Shown here one piece after another: positions 14,178 to 26,600 of a stretch of DNA of 64,000 nt (positions are counted from its first letter, which is position 1; each line of letters begins with the position of its first letter). The notes under the pieces were generated by a model. It had not been told where the DNA came from and did not search any database. It was given only the letters and a program-made list of their open reading frames with translations. This DNA is from Eledone cirrhosa. Taxonomy: Eukaryota. A program made the translations under genes and the position numbers. Location: contig OZ024746.1 in assembly GCA_964016885.1 (NCBI GenBank), positions 15,996,001-16,060,000 on the forward strand. The letters run 5' to 3'.

Positions 14178-14439
14178 GGAGAGAGAGATTAAGTAGAATC
14201 GAAATCAGTGTTGTGGCATATGTACAAACTTTATTGGCACATTACAATTGTTTCAATATCGATTAGCATATGTGTGTGTATATATATATATGTGTATATA
14301 AACACTTGCTTGATGGGTGTGGGTTCTTCTCTGATGATCTTCTGCTGTCCATCTCTCCCGAGAGTTTCTGACCACTGGTAGTTTTTATATCACAACTATA
14401 TTGAGACTCTTCCATGGTGACAATATTGGCTTCTTACCA

Positions 14440-15080
14440 TGTTGATATATTTAATGTGTGTGGATATATTGAAGTGTGTGTGTGTGTTAATGTGTGTAGA
14501 TATATTGAACTGTGTGTGTGTGTTAATGTGTGTTCATATATTGAAGTGTGTGTGTTAATGTGTGTTGATATATTGAAGTGTGTGTGTGTGTGTGTTAATG
14601 TGTGTAGATATATTGAAGTGTGTATGTGTTAATGTGTGTAGATATATTGAAGTGTGTATGTGTTAATGTGCGTTGATATATTGAAGTGTGTGTGTGTTAA
14701 TGTGTGTTGATATATTGAAGTGTGTGTGTGTGTGTTAATGTGTGTAGATATATTGAAGTGTGTATGTGTTAATGTGTGTAGATATATTGAAGTGTGTATG
14801 TGTTAATGTGCGTTGATATATTGAAGTGTGTGTGTGTTAATGTGTGTTGATATATTGAAGTGTGTGTGTGTGTGTTAATGTGTGTAGATATATTGAAGTG
14901 TGTATGTGTTAATGTGTGTAGATATATTGAAGTGTGTATGTGTTAATGTGCGTTGATATATTGAAGTGTGTGTGTGTGTGTGTGTGTGTGTTAATGTGTG
15001 TAGATATATTGAAGTGTCTGTTAATGTGTGTAGATATATTGAAGTGTCTGTTAATGTGTATTGATATATTGAAGTGTGTG
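14440..15080. repeat. ~30-bp TG-rich minisatellite (GTTAATGTGTGTAGATATATTGAA(GT)n)
   Basis: Direct inspection. Confidence 0.95.
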
Positions 15081-15558
15081 TGTATTGTTACCATGTTCAT
15101 ATATTTAATGTGTGTTATATGTCGATCTGCATTAATGTGTCTGTGTTGTTACCATGTTGATATCTTTAATGTATGTGTGTTGTTCCCATGTTCATATATT
15201 TTTAATGTGTGTGTGTGTAAATATTGATGTGGTGTGTTATTACCATGTTGATATCTTTAATATGTTTGTGTGTATGTCGTTGCCATGTTGATATCTTTTA
15301 TTTGTGCATATGTGTGTGTTGATGTTTGTTTCTGTGTAGTGTTGATATTGTTGTGCGTGTTGCTGTTTATGTGTGTGTTGCAGTATATGTATGTGTATCT
15401 GCCACTTTAACAAAACTATTAGATTATGGGTCAATATATCCCCCACCCCACCCCACCCCTCACACACACACACACACACATAAGTTGGTGAATATATCCA
15501 GATTTATACAAGACTGCTAAGGTAGCTAGTTTTGATATTCTTGGAATAATATAGGATC

Positions 15559-15730
15559 TATATTTCCCATCTGGCCTGAGTCTGTTACCAGTTTTGGGAA
15601 CTTTATATTTCACACCTGTCCTGGGTCTGTTACTAGTTTTGGAGACCCTATATTTCACATCTGGCCTAGGTCTGTTACCAGTTTTGGAAACCCTTCATTT
15701 CATATCTGACTTGTGTCTGTTACCAGAATT
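15559..15730. repeat. 45-bp tandem repeat, ~4 copies
   Basis: TATATTTCACATCTGGCCTAGGTCTGTTACCAGTTTTGGAAACCC at 15559, 15604 and 15649, plus a partial copy. Confidence 0.9.
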
Positions 15731-16559
15731 GTCCAAGTCTGATAATGGCTCAAGGCCTAATTCATTGGTTTGATCATATATTCAAAACAGAATAGAGACA
15801 TTTACAATAATAACATTTCTAGTTATTGTTGGAGTGTTAAGGTGTGTTGTAGTGATATCATTGTAGTCTAGATATTTGCTGTAGTTACAACACTTTTATA
15901 TTGTATCCTGGTGTTATATTTGCGAAGATTTTACATAAATTAGATTTTGTCAATCAACAGCTTTATTATATTTTTGTTCATTTGTATATATATTAATTCA
16001 TTTGTTTTGTATGTATATACATATCCAATTTATACATTAATTTGTTGTTTTTTTTTAGATATATATGTACATTTCCAATTTATATATCAATTGATTTGTT
16101 ATATATCTATATCTATCTATCTATGTATCTATCTCTCTCTCTATATATATATATCAATTCAGCAAGTTAATTTTAAAATTTCATTTCAGTCTCTTTATTA
16201 ATCTCTTTTTCTCAGCATTTTTCACAGACTTATTAATGAACTTTTGTTAAGATCGTAATGCTATTTAATTAAATTCGAAAATTTAAAAGCTGTCAATCCT
16301 TTTAGAATGAAATGGTTTTTTTTAATGTTGGTCTACTTAATAACATCTATCAGTTTGTTTATGTCTTTTACTTAGACATTTTGGAAAAGATTTTATATAC
16401 TTTTTTTATAATCATATAATCACTTGTACCTACTTTTGTATAACACACTCCATGTTGTTTAGAGACACAATATTGTGATCTTTCCTAATTGTGTTGCTTC
16501 TATAGCAATTACTTTGTCACGAGTATTTAGTTATCTGGAGTATTTAGTCATCTGTCAAG

Positions 16560-17680
16560 TCACAACTAAGATCTCAGACAGATAATACTGTTCTTAAAAT
16601 GTGCACAGTACCTAGCAAGGCTCATTTTTGTATGACACCAATTTTGCATGGTATTAAGAAGTCTTGAAGTTTCTAATGCTCCAGAAGTCTTGAAGTTTCT
16701 AATGCTCCAGAAGTCTTGAAGTTTCTAATGCTCCAGTTCCAACTGGTATCACTTTCACATTACTCTCATGCATTCCAAACAGTCTTCCAATCGCCACTTT
16801 CAATTCAGAGTATTTGGTGGGTTTTTTGCAAACTCTTTACTCACAATATTCATGTCATTTGGTATGGCCATGTCAATGATCTGACAGTATTTGTCTTTCT
16901 TGTTCAATATGGCAATGTCCAGTTGGTGATGGTCAATTACTCTATCAGTCTGAAAACCATAATCCCAGAATATCGTTGTTTTCCCATCCTCCTGCATTTC
17001 ATTACAAGAGATGTGCTCATACCAATTCTTTATAACTTTGTATTGGTATATATGACAAAAACTAATGAAGGTACTAATGACTTTATCATGGTGGCACTTG
17101 TATTTTTTTACACAAAGCTCTCACATACATTTACCAAGTGGATTACATTTTCCACATTATTTTCACAGAGCCTGCATTTTTTGTTATCAGATATTTTATA
17201 GATTTTATACTTTCACCGAAAGAGCTTGGTGTTGTGCTAATCTTCAAGTCACCTTGCTCAAACCATGTCCATGATGTTTTATCCTTGATATCTTGTGTAA
17301 TTTTTTAAAATGCCTATGCATTCTCATTCACAAACCTTCTTTTCTTTTCAACTCTTTTGTTAATCTCTTCCTTACCAGCCATTTCATCTGCATTTATACC
17401 CATATCTTCTGCGGCATATTGTAACAACTCTTCATTACTGTTTACCAAATATTTAGCAAACATTCTCCTTTCACTCCTTATACAATAATCTACACTGATG
17501 AGACAGACCTCTGTCACCGTTTTTTCTCTTCAATGTATAATGTATATATATATATATATATAGATTAGGGTGTAAAGCTCTATACAATGCCATTAACTTT
17601 CTTGTTTTTCTATTCAACATTGATATTTCTTCTTCAGTCCACCTGAAAATGGACACACTATATCTAACTAATGCAACTTG
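16560..17680 (-). mobile_element. Decayed R4/Dong-like non-LTR retrotransposon 3' part (RT thumb and restriction-like endonuclease)
   Basis: Minus-strand peptides VRYSVSIFRWTEEEISMLNRKTRKLM..ALHP, KRKNGDRGL, TIFWDYGFQTDRVIDHHQLDIAILNKKDKYCQIIDMAIPNDMNI (RLE PD..D motif) and terminal QK.ALLGTVHILR. A 26-bp triplication sits at ~16657-16735. Confidence 0.85.
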
Positions 17681-18300
17681 ACAGAAGAAGCTCTCATTGC
17701 CATGCGCTCCATGATCCATGTGTGTAACATCTTACCAGTGCTTCCTATGTATGAGGAACAACATCTACATGTGACCTTGTAGACTATATATGCTCTCATG
17801 CACACTTCTGCTTTGTTGATGGGACAGTTAGAAAGTGTGCACATATCGTTGTATGCAAGTCAGGGTTTGTAGAGTAGTTACCTCAAGGAAGGTCCCGAGT
17901 GTGCCAGCTATATATTCAGGCCCTCTTTACAGATGGCTTGTCTGATGGCAACAGTCATCTTCTCATTGAAATGTGGCAGCTCTAGGTAGCCTATGCTATC
18001 TGTAGGGGCATGTGTCCTCCTTGTTCTTTTATGGCATCTGTTTTTGGTGAGAGAAGTTGGGTAGTTGTTTTCGTTAAGAACTCTGGAATCCATCTGTACT
18101 GGGCTATTTATTGCTATTTTCGCTACATCTCTTGTGTATCCTGGAGATCTCATTCTGTACATAGGCCATTTTAGCACTGTAGGGAATGGCAGAATTGTGT
18201 ATGAATGTCTCTGCAGGCAATTTTCCTGTAAAATTTGGTGTATAATGGATCCCTTCTCATTGTTAGTGTAGAGAGAAAGACCCAATGGTATTTTGGTGCT
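17672..18300 (-). mobile_element. Penelope-like element fragment (RT-EN linker and GIY-YIG endonuclease)
   Basis: My manual minus-strand translation of 17844-17672 gives CTLSNCPINKAEVCMRAYIVYKVTCRCCSSYIGSTGKMLHTWIMERM..SSVKLH (VY..YIG, conserved Cys linker). It is preceded by LNENNYP and YLELPHF. Confidence 0.85.
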
Positions 18301-18320
18301 TTGCACCATATAGTTATGGC

Positions 18321-18470
18321 CCTTTACGTTCTGAGTTAAAAAAAAAACGAGGTTAGCTTTGCCATTCATCCTTGCAGAGTCAATAAAATAAAGCACCACT
18401 GAGGTCAATTTAATCGACTTTCCCCTCTCCCTAAATTGCTGGCCTTGTCCCTATAGTAGAAATCATTATT
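18321..18470 (+). mobile_element. Partial tRNA-derived SINE with Deu/Nin-like central domain
   Basis: GCTTTGCCATTCATCCTTGCAGAGTCAATAAAATAAAGCACCA ... GCTGGCCTTGTCCCTATAGTAGAAA is shared with the copies at 19762 and 56826. Confidence 0.75.
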
Positions 18471-19001
18471 TATTTATCCACATTTATTTATTTATTCCTC
18501 TGTTTAATAAGAACTGAGTTACGAATGTCTGAGATGGTTCGGGGGAGATATTTATTATTGCAGTGTGGTTGGAAATGTGAAATATATTTAATTTTAGTGT
18601 CCTTCTTCTATTGTTCCGATGTCATTTATTTTAAAACCATCTTCGTTTCAACTTATAAATGATTATTACAAGATAAATGGTAGCAAGTCATTCTACAAAA
18701 TAAAGGAATGGAGAAAAACAAAATTCATGCATCACTTAATGAAAAACATGTACCTCTAAAAACTTTATCTTGTTTCAGATATATGAATATGTGTGTGTCT
18801 GTGGGTGTATATATATATGTGTATGTATGCATATATGTGTGTCTGTATGTATTGAGTATATGTATATATGTGTGTGTGTCAATGTATGTATTGAGTATAT
18901 GTATATATATGTATGTATTGAGTATATGTATTGAGTATATGTATATATATGTATGTATTGAGTATATGTATATATATATGTATGTAAATGTATGTATTGA
19001 G

Positions 19002-19033
<32 letters not shown>

Positions 19034-19039
19034 GGTGTT

Positions 19040-19080
<41 letters not shown>

Positions 19081-19329
19081 GGATGTTTGTGTGCCAGTTA
19101 TCATAAACACCATATCAATTCCATTTATAAAAGCCTCCAGTGACATTTGTTTATGTCCCTCACAAACAATATGTCCTGTAGTGAGGCAGTTTGACAAACA
19201 ACAGCAGTATATTTACTTTACTTAATGTATGAGTTTACATGAGGAAATGCATCTGGCTGTAAAATACCTACCTCAAAAAGCCTCATCCAGCCCATGCTAC
19301 TATGGAAATGTGGACCTAAAAAAGTTAAT

Positions 19330-19649
19330 AGATATGTTCGTGCCATGATAAAAACACGCCCAGTACACTCTGTAAAGTGGTAGCACAAGTGCGATGATAA
19401 AAACACACCCAGTACATCTTGTAGTGGGGGTACTAGTACCATGATAAAAAATGCACTCAGTACACCCTGTAAAGTATTAGTATTGGTACCATGATAAAAT
19501 CACACTCAGTAGGAAGGGCATTCAGCCATAGAAACTATGCAAAATATGGAACATATGAGCAAGATGGTTTGATCTAGTCTGTGTAGTCCTAGATAGTGAC
19601 AACTTGTCCAACCCATGCCAACATAGAAAGTGGATGTAAAATGATGTTG

Positions 19650-19650
<1 letters not shown>
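19330..19650 (+). mobile_element. RTE-tail-related SINE or LINE 3' UTR fragment with internal tandem duplications
   Basis: Repeated ATGATAAAA(A)CAC(G/A)CCCAGTACA motif, then AGGAAGGGCATTCAGCCATAGAAA and a CCAACCCATGCCA..TAAAATGATG tail. Confidence 0.75.
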
Positions 19651-19683
<33 letters not shown>

Positions 19684-19761
19684 GTAATTCTTTTTAACAT
19701 CAAGATGAAATAAAAATAGTTTTGAAATGATAAATAGATAATTTAGAGAAAGATAATAAAA

Positions 19762-19944
19762 ATAATTGTTTCTACTTTAGGCACAAGGCCAGCAATTACC
19801 CAGTGCATTACTGGTATTTTATTTTATCGACCCCCGTAAGGATGAAAGGCAAAGTCAACCTCGGCGGGATTTGAACTCAGATCGTAAAGGGATGTAACTA
19901 TGCTGGAAAGCATGGCGTCCAACCCTCTACCGATACTGTCAATC
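19762..19944 (-). mobile_element. tRNA-derived SINE (Deu/Nin-like domain)
   Basis: Reverse complement of the copy at 56826-57012. B-box GTTCAAAT and core CTTTCATCCTT.CGGGGGTCGATAAAAT. Confidence 0.85.
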
Positions 19945-20644
19945 AATGATGGCTAGATGTGAAATATTTAAATAGGGTTGACTCATTACTTATTGATTCT
20001 AGATTTATGATATATAAACTCAACTGGCAGGATTTGAACTCAGAATGTTGAGGGAAGTAAGTAAGTACTGCAAGGCATTTAGTGGAACAATCAATCATTA
20101 TAGCTACTCTATCTTGTTTTTTTTTTTAATAATAATAATAATATGATGAAGATGATGATTTCTAGTATAGGCACAAGGCCAGTAATTTGGGGGGAGGGGA
20201 AAGTCGATTAAATCAAAATAATATGGTTCAATGTAAGGGGTTTTATGGAGTCAATTGGTTCGCCATCATCACTATCAACATCATCATCATCACCACCGCT
20301 ATCAACCTCACCATTATCAATATCAATACTATCAACACCATCATCAGCACTATCAACAACACCACCACCACTATCAACACCAGCATTGACATCACTGCCA
20401 AACAAATGGTTGAAAGAACCGTTCAGTTGTGTCAAAGACACGACAGCCTCCCTCATGTTCATACCACATTAAAATGCATCGGGTGCACTCTGTAAAGTGC
20501 AAAGTTATGTGTAAGATGTGCTACTCCTCCTCCTACTCCTTGTCAGCCCATCTGAGAGGTCACTAGCTCCAATTACTGGTGTGGTCTCTGATGACCTGTC
20601 CAACCTTTGTTAGGGAAAACAGATGTTAAATGTTGATGGTGGTG

Positions 20645-23600
20645 GTGGTGATGGTATGAGGGTGTATTTGGGTTAGTTTACCTACCTTGTTGTGGTGGTG
20701 GTATGAGGGTGTATTTGGGTTAGTTTACCTACCTTGTTGTGGTGGTGGTATGAGGGTGTATTTGGGTTAGTTTACCTACCTTGTTGTGGTGGTATGAGGG
20801 TGTATTTGGGTTAGTTTACCTACCTTGTGGTGGTGGTATGAGGGTGTATTTGGGTTAGTTTACCTACCTTGTTGTGGTGGTGGTATGAGGGTGTATTTGG
20901 GTTAGTTTACCTACCTTGTTGTGGTGGTGGTATGAGGGTGTATTTGGGTTAGTTTACCTACCTTGTTGTGGTGGTATGAGGGTGTATTTGGGTTAGTTTA
21001 CCTACCTTGTGGTGGTGGTATGAGGGTGTATTTGGGTTAGTTTACCTACCTTGTTGTGGTGGTGGTATGAGGGTGTATTTGGGTTAGTTTACCTACCTTG
21101 TTGTGGTGGTATGAGGGTGTATTTGGGTTAGTTTACCTACCTTGTGGTGGTGGTATGAGGGTGTATTTGGGTTAGTTTACCTACCTTGTTGTGGTGGTAT
21201 GAGGGTGTATTTGGGTTAGTTTACCTACCTTGTGGTGGTGGTGGTATGAGGGTGTATTTGGGTTAGTTTACCTACCTTGTTGTGGTGGTGGTATGAGGGT
21301 GTATTTGGGTTAGTTTACCTACCTTGTTGTGGTGGTATGAGGGTGTATTTGGGTTAGTTTACCTACCTTGTGGTGGTGGTATGAGGGTGTATTTGGGTTA
21401 GTTTACCTACCTTGTTGTGGTGGTGGTATGAGGGTGTATTTGGGTTAGTTTACCTACCTTGTTGTGGTGATGGTATGAGGGTGTATTTGGGTTAGTTTAC
21501 CTACCTTGTGGTGGTGGTATGAGGGTGTATTTGGGTTAGTTTACCTACCTTGTTGTGGTGGTGGTATGAGGGTGTATTTGGGTTAGTTTACCTACCTTGT
21601 TGTGGTGGTATGAGGGTGTATTTGGGTTAGTTTACCTACCTTGTTGTGGTGGTGGTATGAGGGTGTATTTGGGTTAGTTTACCTACCTTGTTGTGGTGGT
21701 GGTATGAGGGTGTATTTGGGTTAGTTTACCTACCTTGTTGTGGTGGTGGTATGAGGGTGTATTTGGGTTAGTTTACCTACCTTGTGGTGGTGGTATGAGT
21801 GTGTATTTGGGTTAGTTTACCTACCTTGTTGTGGTGGTGGTATGAGTGTGTATTTGGGTTAGTTTACCTACCTTGTTGTGGTGGTGGTATGAGGGTGTAT
21901 TTGGGTTAGTTTACCTACCTTGTTGTGGTGGTGGTATGAGGGTGTATTTGGGTTAGTTTACCTACCTTGTTGTGGTGGTGGTATGAGGGTGTATTTGGGT
22001 TAGTTTACCTACCTTGTGGTGGTGGTATGAGTGTGTATTTGGGTTAGTTTACCTACCTTGTTGTGGTGGTGGTATGAGGGTGTATTTGGGTTAGTTTACC
22101 TACCTTGTTGTGGTGGTGGTATGAGTGTGTATTTGGGTTAGTTTACCTACCTTGTTGTGGTGATGGTATGAGGGTGTATTTGGGTTAGTTTACCTACCTT
22201 GTTGTGGTGGTGGTATGAGGGTGTATTTGGGTTAGTTTACCTACCTTGTTGTGGTGATGGTATGAGGGTGTATTTGGGTTAGTTTACCTACCTTGTTGTG
22301 GTGGTGGTATGAGGGTGTATTTGGGTTAGTTTACCTACCTTGTTGTGGTGGTGGTATGAGTGTGTATTTGGGTTAGTTTACCTACCTTGTTGTGGTGGTG
22401 GTATGAGGGTGTATTTGGGTTAGTTTACCTACCTTGTTGTGGTGGTGGTATGAGTGTGTATTTGGGTTAGTTTACCTACCTTGTTGTGGTGATGGTATGA
22501 GGGTGTATTTGGGTTAGTTTACCTACCTTGTTGTTGTGGTGGTATGAGGGTGTATTTGGGTTAGTTTACCTACCTTGTTGTGGTGGTGGTATGAGGGTGT
22601 ATTTGGGTTAGTTTACCTACCTTGTTGTGGTGATGGTATGAGGGTGTATTTGGGTTAGTTTAGCTACCTTGTTGTGGTGGTGGTATGAGGGTGTATTTGG
22701 GTTAGTTTACCTACCTTGTTGTGGTGGTATGAGGGTGTATTTGGGTTAGTTTAGCTACCTTGTTGTGGTGGTGGTATGAGGGTGTATTTGGGTTAGTTTA
22801 CCTACCTTGTTGTGGTGGTGGTATGAGGGTGTATTTGGGTTAGTTTACCTACCTTGTTGTGGTGATGGTATGAGGGTGTATTTGGGTTAGTTTAGCTACC
22901 TTGTTGTGGTGGTGGTATGAGGGTGTATTTGGGTTAGTTTACCTACCTTGTTGTGGTGGTGGTATGAGGGTGTATTTGGGTTAGTTTACCTACCTTGTTG
23001 TGGTGGTATGAGGTGTGTATTTGGGTTAGTTTAGCTACCTTGTTGTGGTGGTGGTATGAGGGTGTATTTGGGTTAGTTTACCTACCTTGTTGTGGTGGTA
23101 TGAGGGTGTATTTGGGTTAGTTTACCTACCTTGTTGTGGTGGTGGTATGAGGGTGTATTTGGGTTAGTTTACCTACCTTGTTGTGGTGGTATGAGGGTGT
23201 ATTTGGGTTAGTTTACCTACCTTGTTGTGGTGGTATGAGGGTGTATTTGGGTTAGTTTAGCTACCTTGTTGTGGTGGTGGTATGAGGGTGTATTTGGGTT
23301 AGTTTACCTACCTTGTTGTGGTGGTGGTATGAGGGTGTATTTGGGTTAGTTTACCTACCTTGTTGTGGTGGTATGAGGGTGTATTTGGGTTAGTTTAGCT
23401 ACCTTGTTGTGGTGGTGGTATGAGGGTGTATTTGGGTTAGTTTACCTACCTTGTTGTGGTGGTATGAGGGTGTATTTGGGTTAGTTTACCTACCTTGTTG
23501 TGGTGGTGGTATGAGGGTGTATTTGGGTTAGTTTACCTACCTTGTTGTGGTGGTATGAGGGTGTATTTGGGTTAGTTTACCTACCTTGTTGTGGTGGTAT

Positions 23601-26600
23601 GAGGGTGTATTTGGGTTAGTTTACCTACCTTGTTGTGGTGGTGGTATGAGGGTGTATTTGGGTTAGTTTACCTACCTTGTGGTGGTGGTATGAGGGTGTA
23701 TTTGGGTTAGTTTACCTACCTTGTTGTGGTGGTGGTATGAGGGTGTATTTGGGTTAGTTTACCTACCTTGTTGTGGTGGTATGAGGGTGTATTTGGGTTA
23801 GTTTACCTACCTTGTTGTGGTGGTATGAGGGTGTATTTGGGTTAGTTTACCTACCTTGTTGTGGTGGTATGAGGGTGTATTTGGGTTAGTTTACCTACCT
23901 TGTTGTGGTGGTGGTATGAGGGTGTATTAGGGTTAGTTTACCTACCTTGTTGTGGTGGTATGAGGGTGTATTTGGGTTAGTTTACCTACCTTGTTGTGGT
24001 GGTGGTATGAGGGTGTATTTGGGTTAGTTTACCTACCTTGTTGTGGTGTGGTATGAGGGTGTATTTGGGTTAGTTTACCTACCTTGTTGTGGTGGTGGTA
24101 TGAGGGTGTATTTGGGTTAGTTTACCTACCTTGTTGTGGTGGTGGTATGAGGGTGTATTAGGGTTAGTTTACCTACCTTGTTGTGGTGGTGGTATGAGGG
24201 TGTATTTGGGTTAGTTTACCTACCTTGTTGTGGTGGTGGTATGAGGGTGTATTTGGGTTAGTTTACCTACCTTGTTGTGGTGGTGGTATGAGGGTGTATT
24301 TGGGTTAGTTTACCTACCTTGTTGTGGTTGGTGGTATGAGGGTGTATTTGGGTTAGTTTACCTACCTTGTTGTGGTGGTGGTATGAGGGTGTATTTGGGT
24401 TAGTTTACCTACCTTGTTGTGGTGGTGGTATGAGGGTGTATTTGGGTTAGTTTACCTACCTTGTTGTGGTGGTATGAGGGTGTATTTGGGTTAGTTTACC
24501 TACCTTGTTGTGGTGTGGTATGAGGGTGTATTTGGGTTAGTTTACCTACCTTGTTGTGGTGGTGGTATGAGGGTGTATTTGGGTTAGTTTACCTACCTTG
24601 TTGTGGGTGGTATGAGGGTGTATTTGGGTTAGTTTACCTACCTTGTTGTGGTGGTGGTATGAGGGTGTATTTGGGTTAGTTTACCTACCTTGTTGTGGTG
24701 GTGGTATGAGGGTGTATTTGGGTTAGTTTACCTACCTTGTTGTGGTGGTGGTATGAGTGTGTATTTGGGTTAGTTTACCTACCTTGTTGTGGTGGTGGTA
24801 TGAGGGTGTATTTAGGGTTAGTTTACCTACCTTGTTGTGGTGGTGGTATGAGGGTGTATTTGGGTTAGTTTACCTACCTTGTTGTGGTGGTGGTATGAGG
24901 GTGTATTTGGGTTTAGTTTAGCTACCTTGTTGTGGTGGTGGTATGAGGGGTGTATTTGGGTTAGTTTACCTACCTTGTTGTGGTGGTGGTATGAGGGTGT
25001 ATTTGGGTTAGTTTACCTACCTTGTTGTGGTGGTGGTATGAGGGTGTATTTGGGTTAGTTTACCTACCTTGTTGTGGTGGTGGTATGAGGGTGTATTTGG
25101 GTTAGTTTACCTACCTTGTTGTGGTGGTGGGTATGAGGGTGTATTTGGGTTAGTTTACCTACCTTGTTGTGGTGGTGGTATGAGGGTGTATTTGGGTTAG
25201 TTTACCTACCTTGTTGTGGTGGTGGTATGAGTGTGTATTTGGGTTAGTTTACCTACCTTGTTGTGGTGGTGGTATGAGGGTGTATTTGGGTTAGTTTACC
25301 TACCTTGTTGTGGTGGTGGTATGAGGGTGTATTTGGGTTAGTTTACCTACCTTGTTGTGGTGGTGGTATGAGGGTGTATTTGGGGTTAGTTTACCTACCT
25401 TGTTGTGGTGGTATGAGGGTGTATTTGGGTTAGTTTACCTACCTTGTTGTGGTGGTATGAGGGTGTATTTGGGTTAGTTTACCTACCTTGTTGTGGTGGG
25501 GTATGGGTAGTATCTTGTATTTGGGGGTTAGTTTACCTACCTTGTTGTGGTGATGGTATGAGGGTGTATTTGGGTTAGTTTACCTACCTTGTTGTGGTGG
25601 TGGTATGAGGGTGTATTTGGGTTAGTTTACCTACCTTGTTGTGGTGGTATGAGGGTGTATTTGGGTTAGTTTACCTACCTTGTTGTGGTGGTATGAGGGT
25701 GTATTTGGGTTAGTTTACCTACCTTGTTGTGGTGGTATGAGGGTGTATTTGGGTTAGTTTACCTACCTTGTTGTGGTGGTATGAGGGTGTATTTGGGTTA
25801 GTTTACCTACCTTGTTGTGGTGGTATGAGGGTGTATTTGGGTTAGTTTACCTACCTTGTTGTGGTGGTATGAGGGTGTATTTGGGTTAGTTTACCTACCT
25901 TGTTGTGGTGGTATGAGGGTGTATTTGGGTTAGTTTACCTACCTTGTTGTGGTGTGGTATGAGGGTGTATTTGGGTTAGTTTACCTACCTTGTTGTGGTG
26001 GTATGAGGGTGTATTTGGGTTAGTTTACCTACCTTGTTGTGGTGGTATGAGGGTGTATTTGGGTTAGTTTACCTACCTTGTTGTGGTGGTATGAGGGTGT
26101 ATTTGGGTTAGTTTACCTACCTTGTTGTGGTGGTATGAGGGTGTATTTGGGTTAGTTTACCTACCTTGTTGTGGTGGTGGTATGAGGGTGTATTTGGGTT
26201 AGTTTACCTACCTTGTTGTGGTGGTATGAGGGTGTATTTGGGTTAGTTTACCTACCTTGTTGTGGTGGTGGTATGAGGGTGTATTTGGGTTAGTTTACCT
26301 ACCTTGTTGTGTGTGGTTGGTATGAGGGTGTATTTGGGTTAGTTTACCTACCTTGTTGTGGTGGTGGTATGAGGGGTGTATTTGGGTTAGTTTACCTACC
26401 TTGTTGTGGTGGTATGAGGGTGTATTTGGGTTAGTTTACCTACCTTGTTGTGGTGGTGGTATGAGGGTGTATTTGGGTTAGTTTACCTACCTTGTGGTGG
26501 TGGTATGAGGGTGTATTTGGGTTAGTTTACCTACCTTGTTGTGGTGGTGGTATGAGGGTGTATTTGGGTTAGTTTACCTACCTTGTTGTGGTGGTGGTAT

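Noticed and set aside
24000-26400. Zone of unusual satellite variants (single-base indels, garbled unit near 25500)
   Set aside because: The changes are mostly homopolymer and 1-nt indels concentrated mid-array, typical of long-read consensus error rather than biology.
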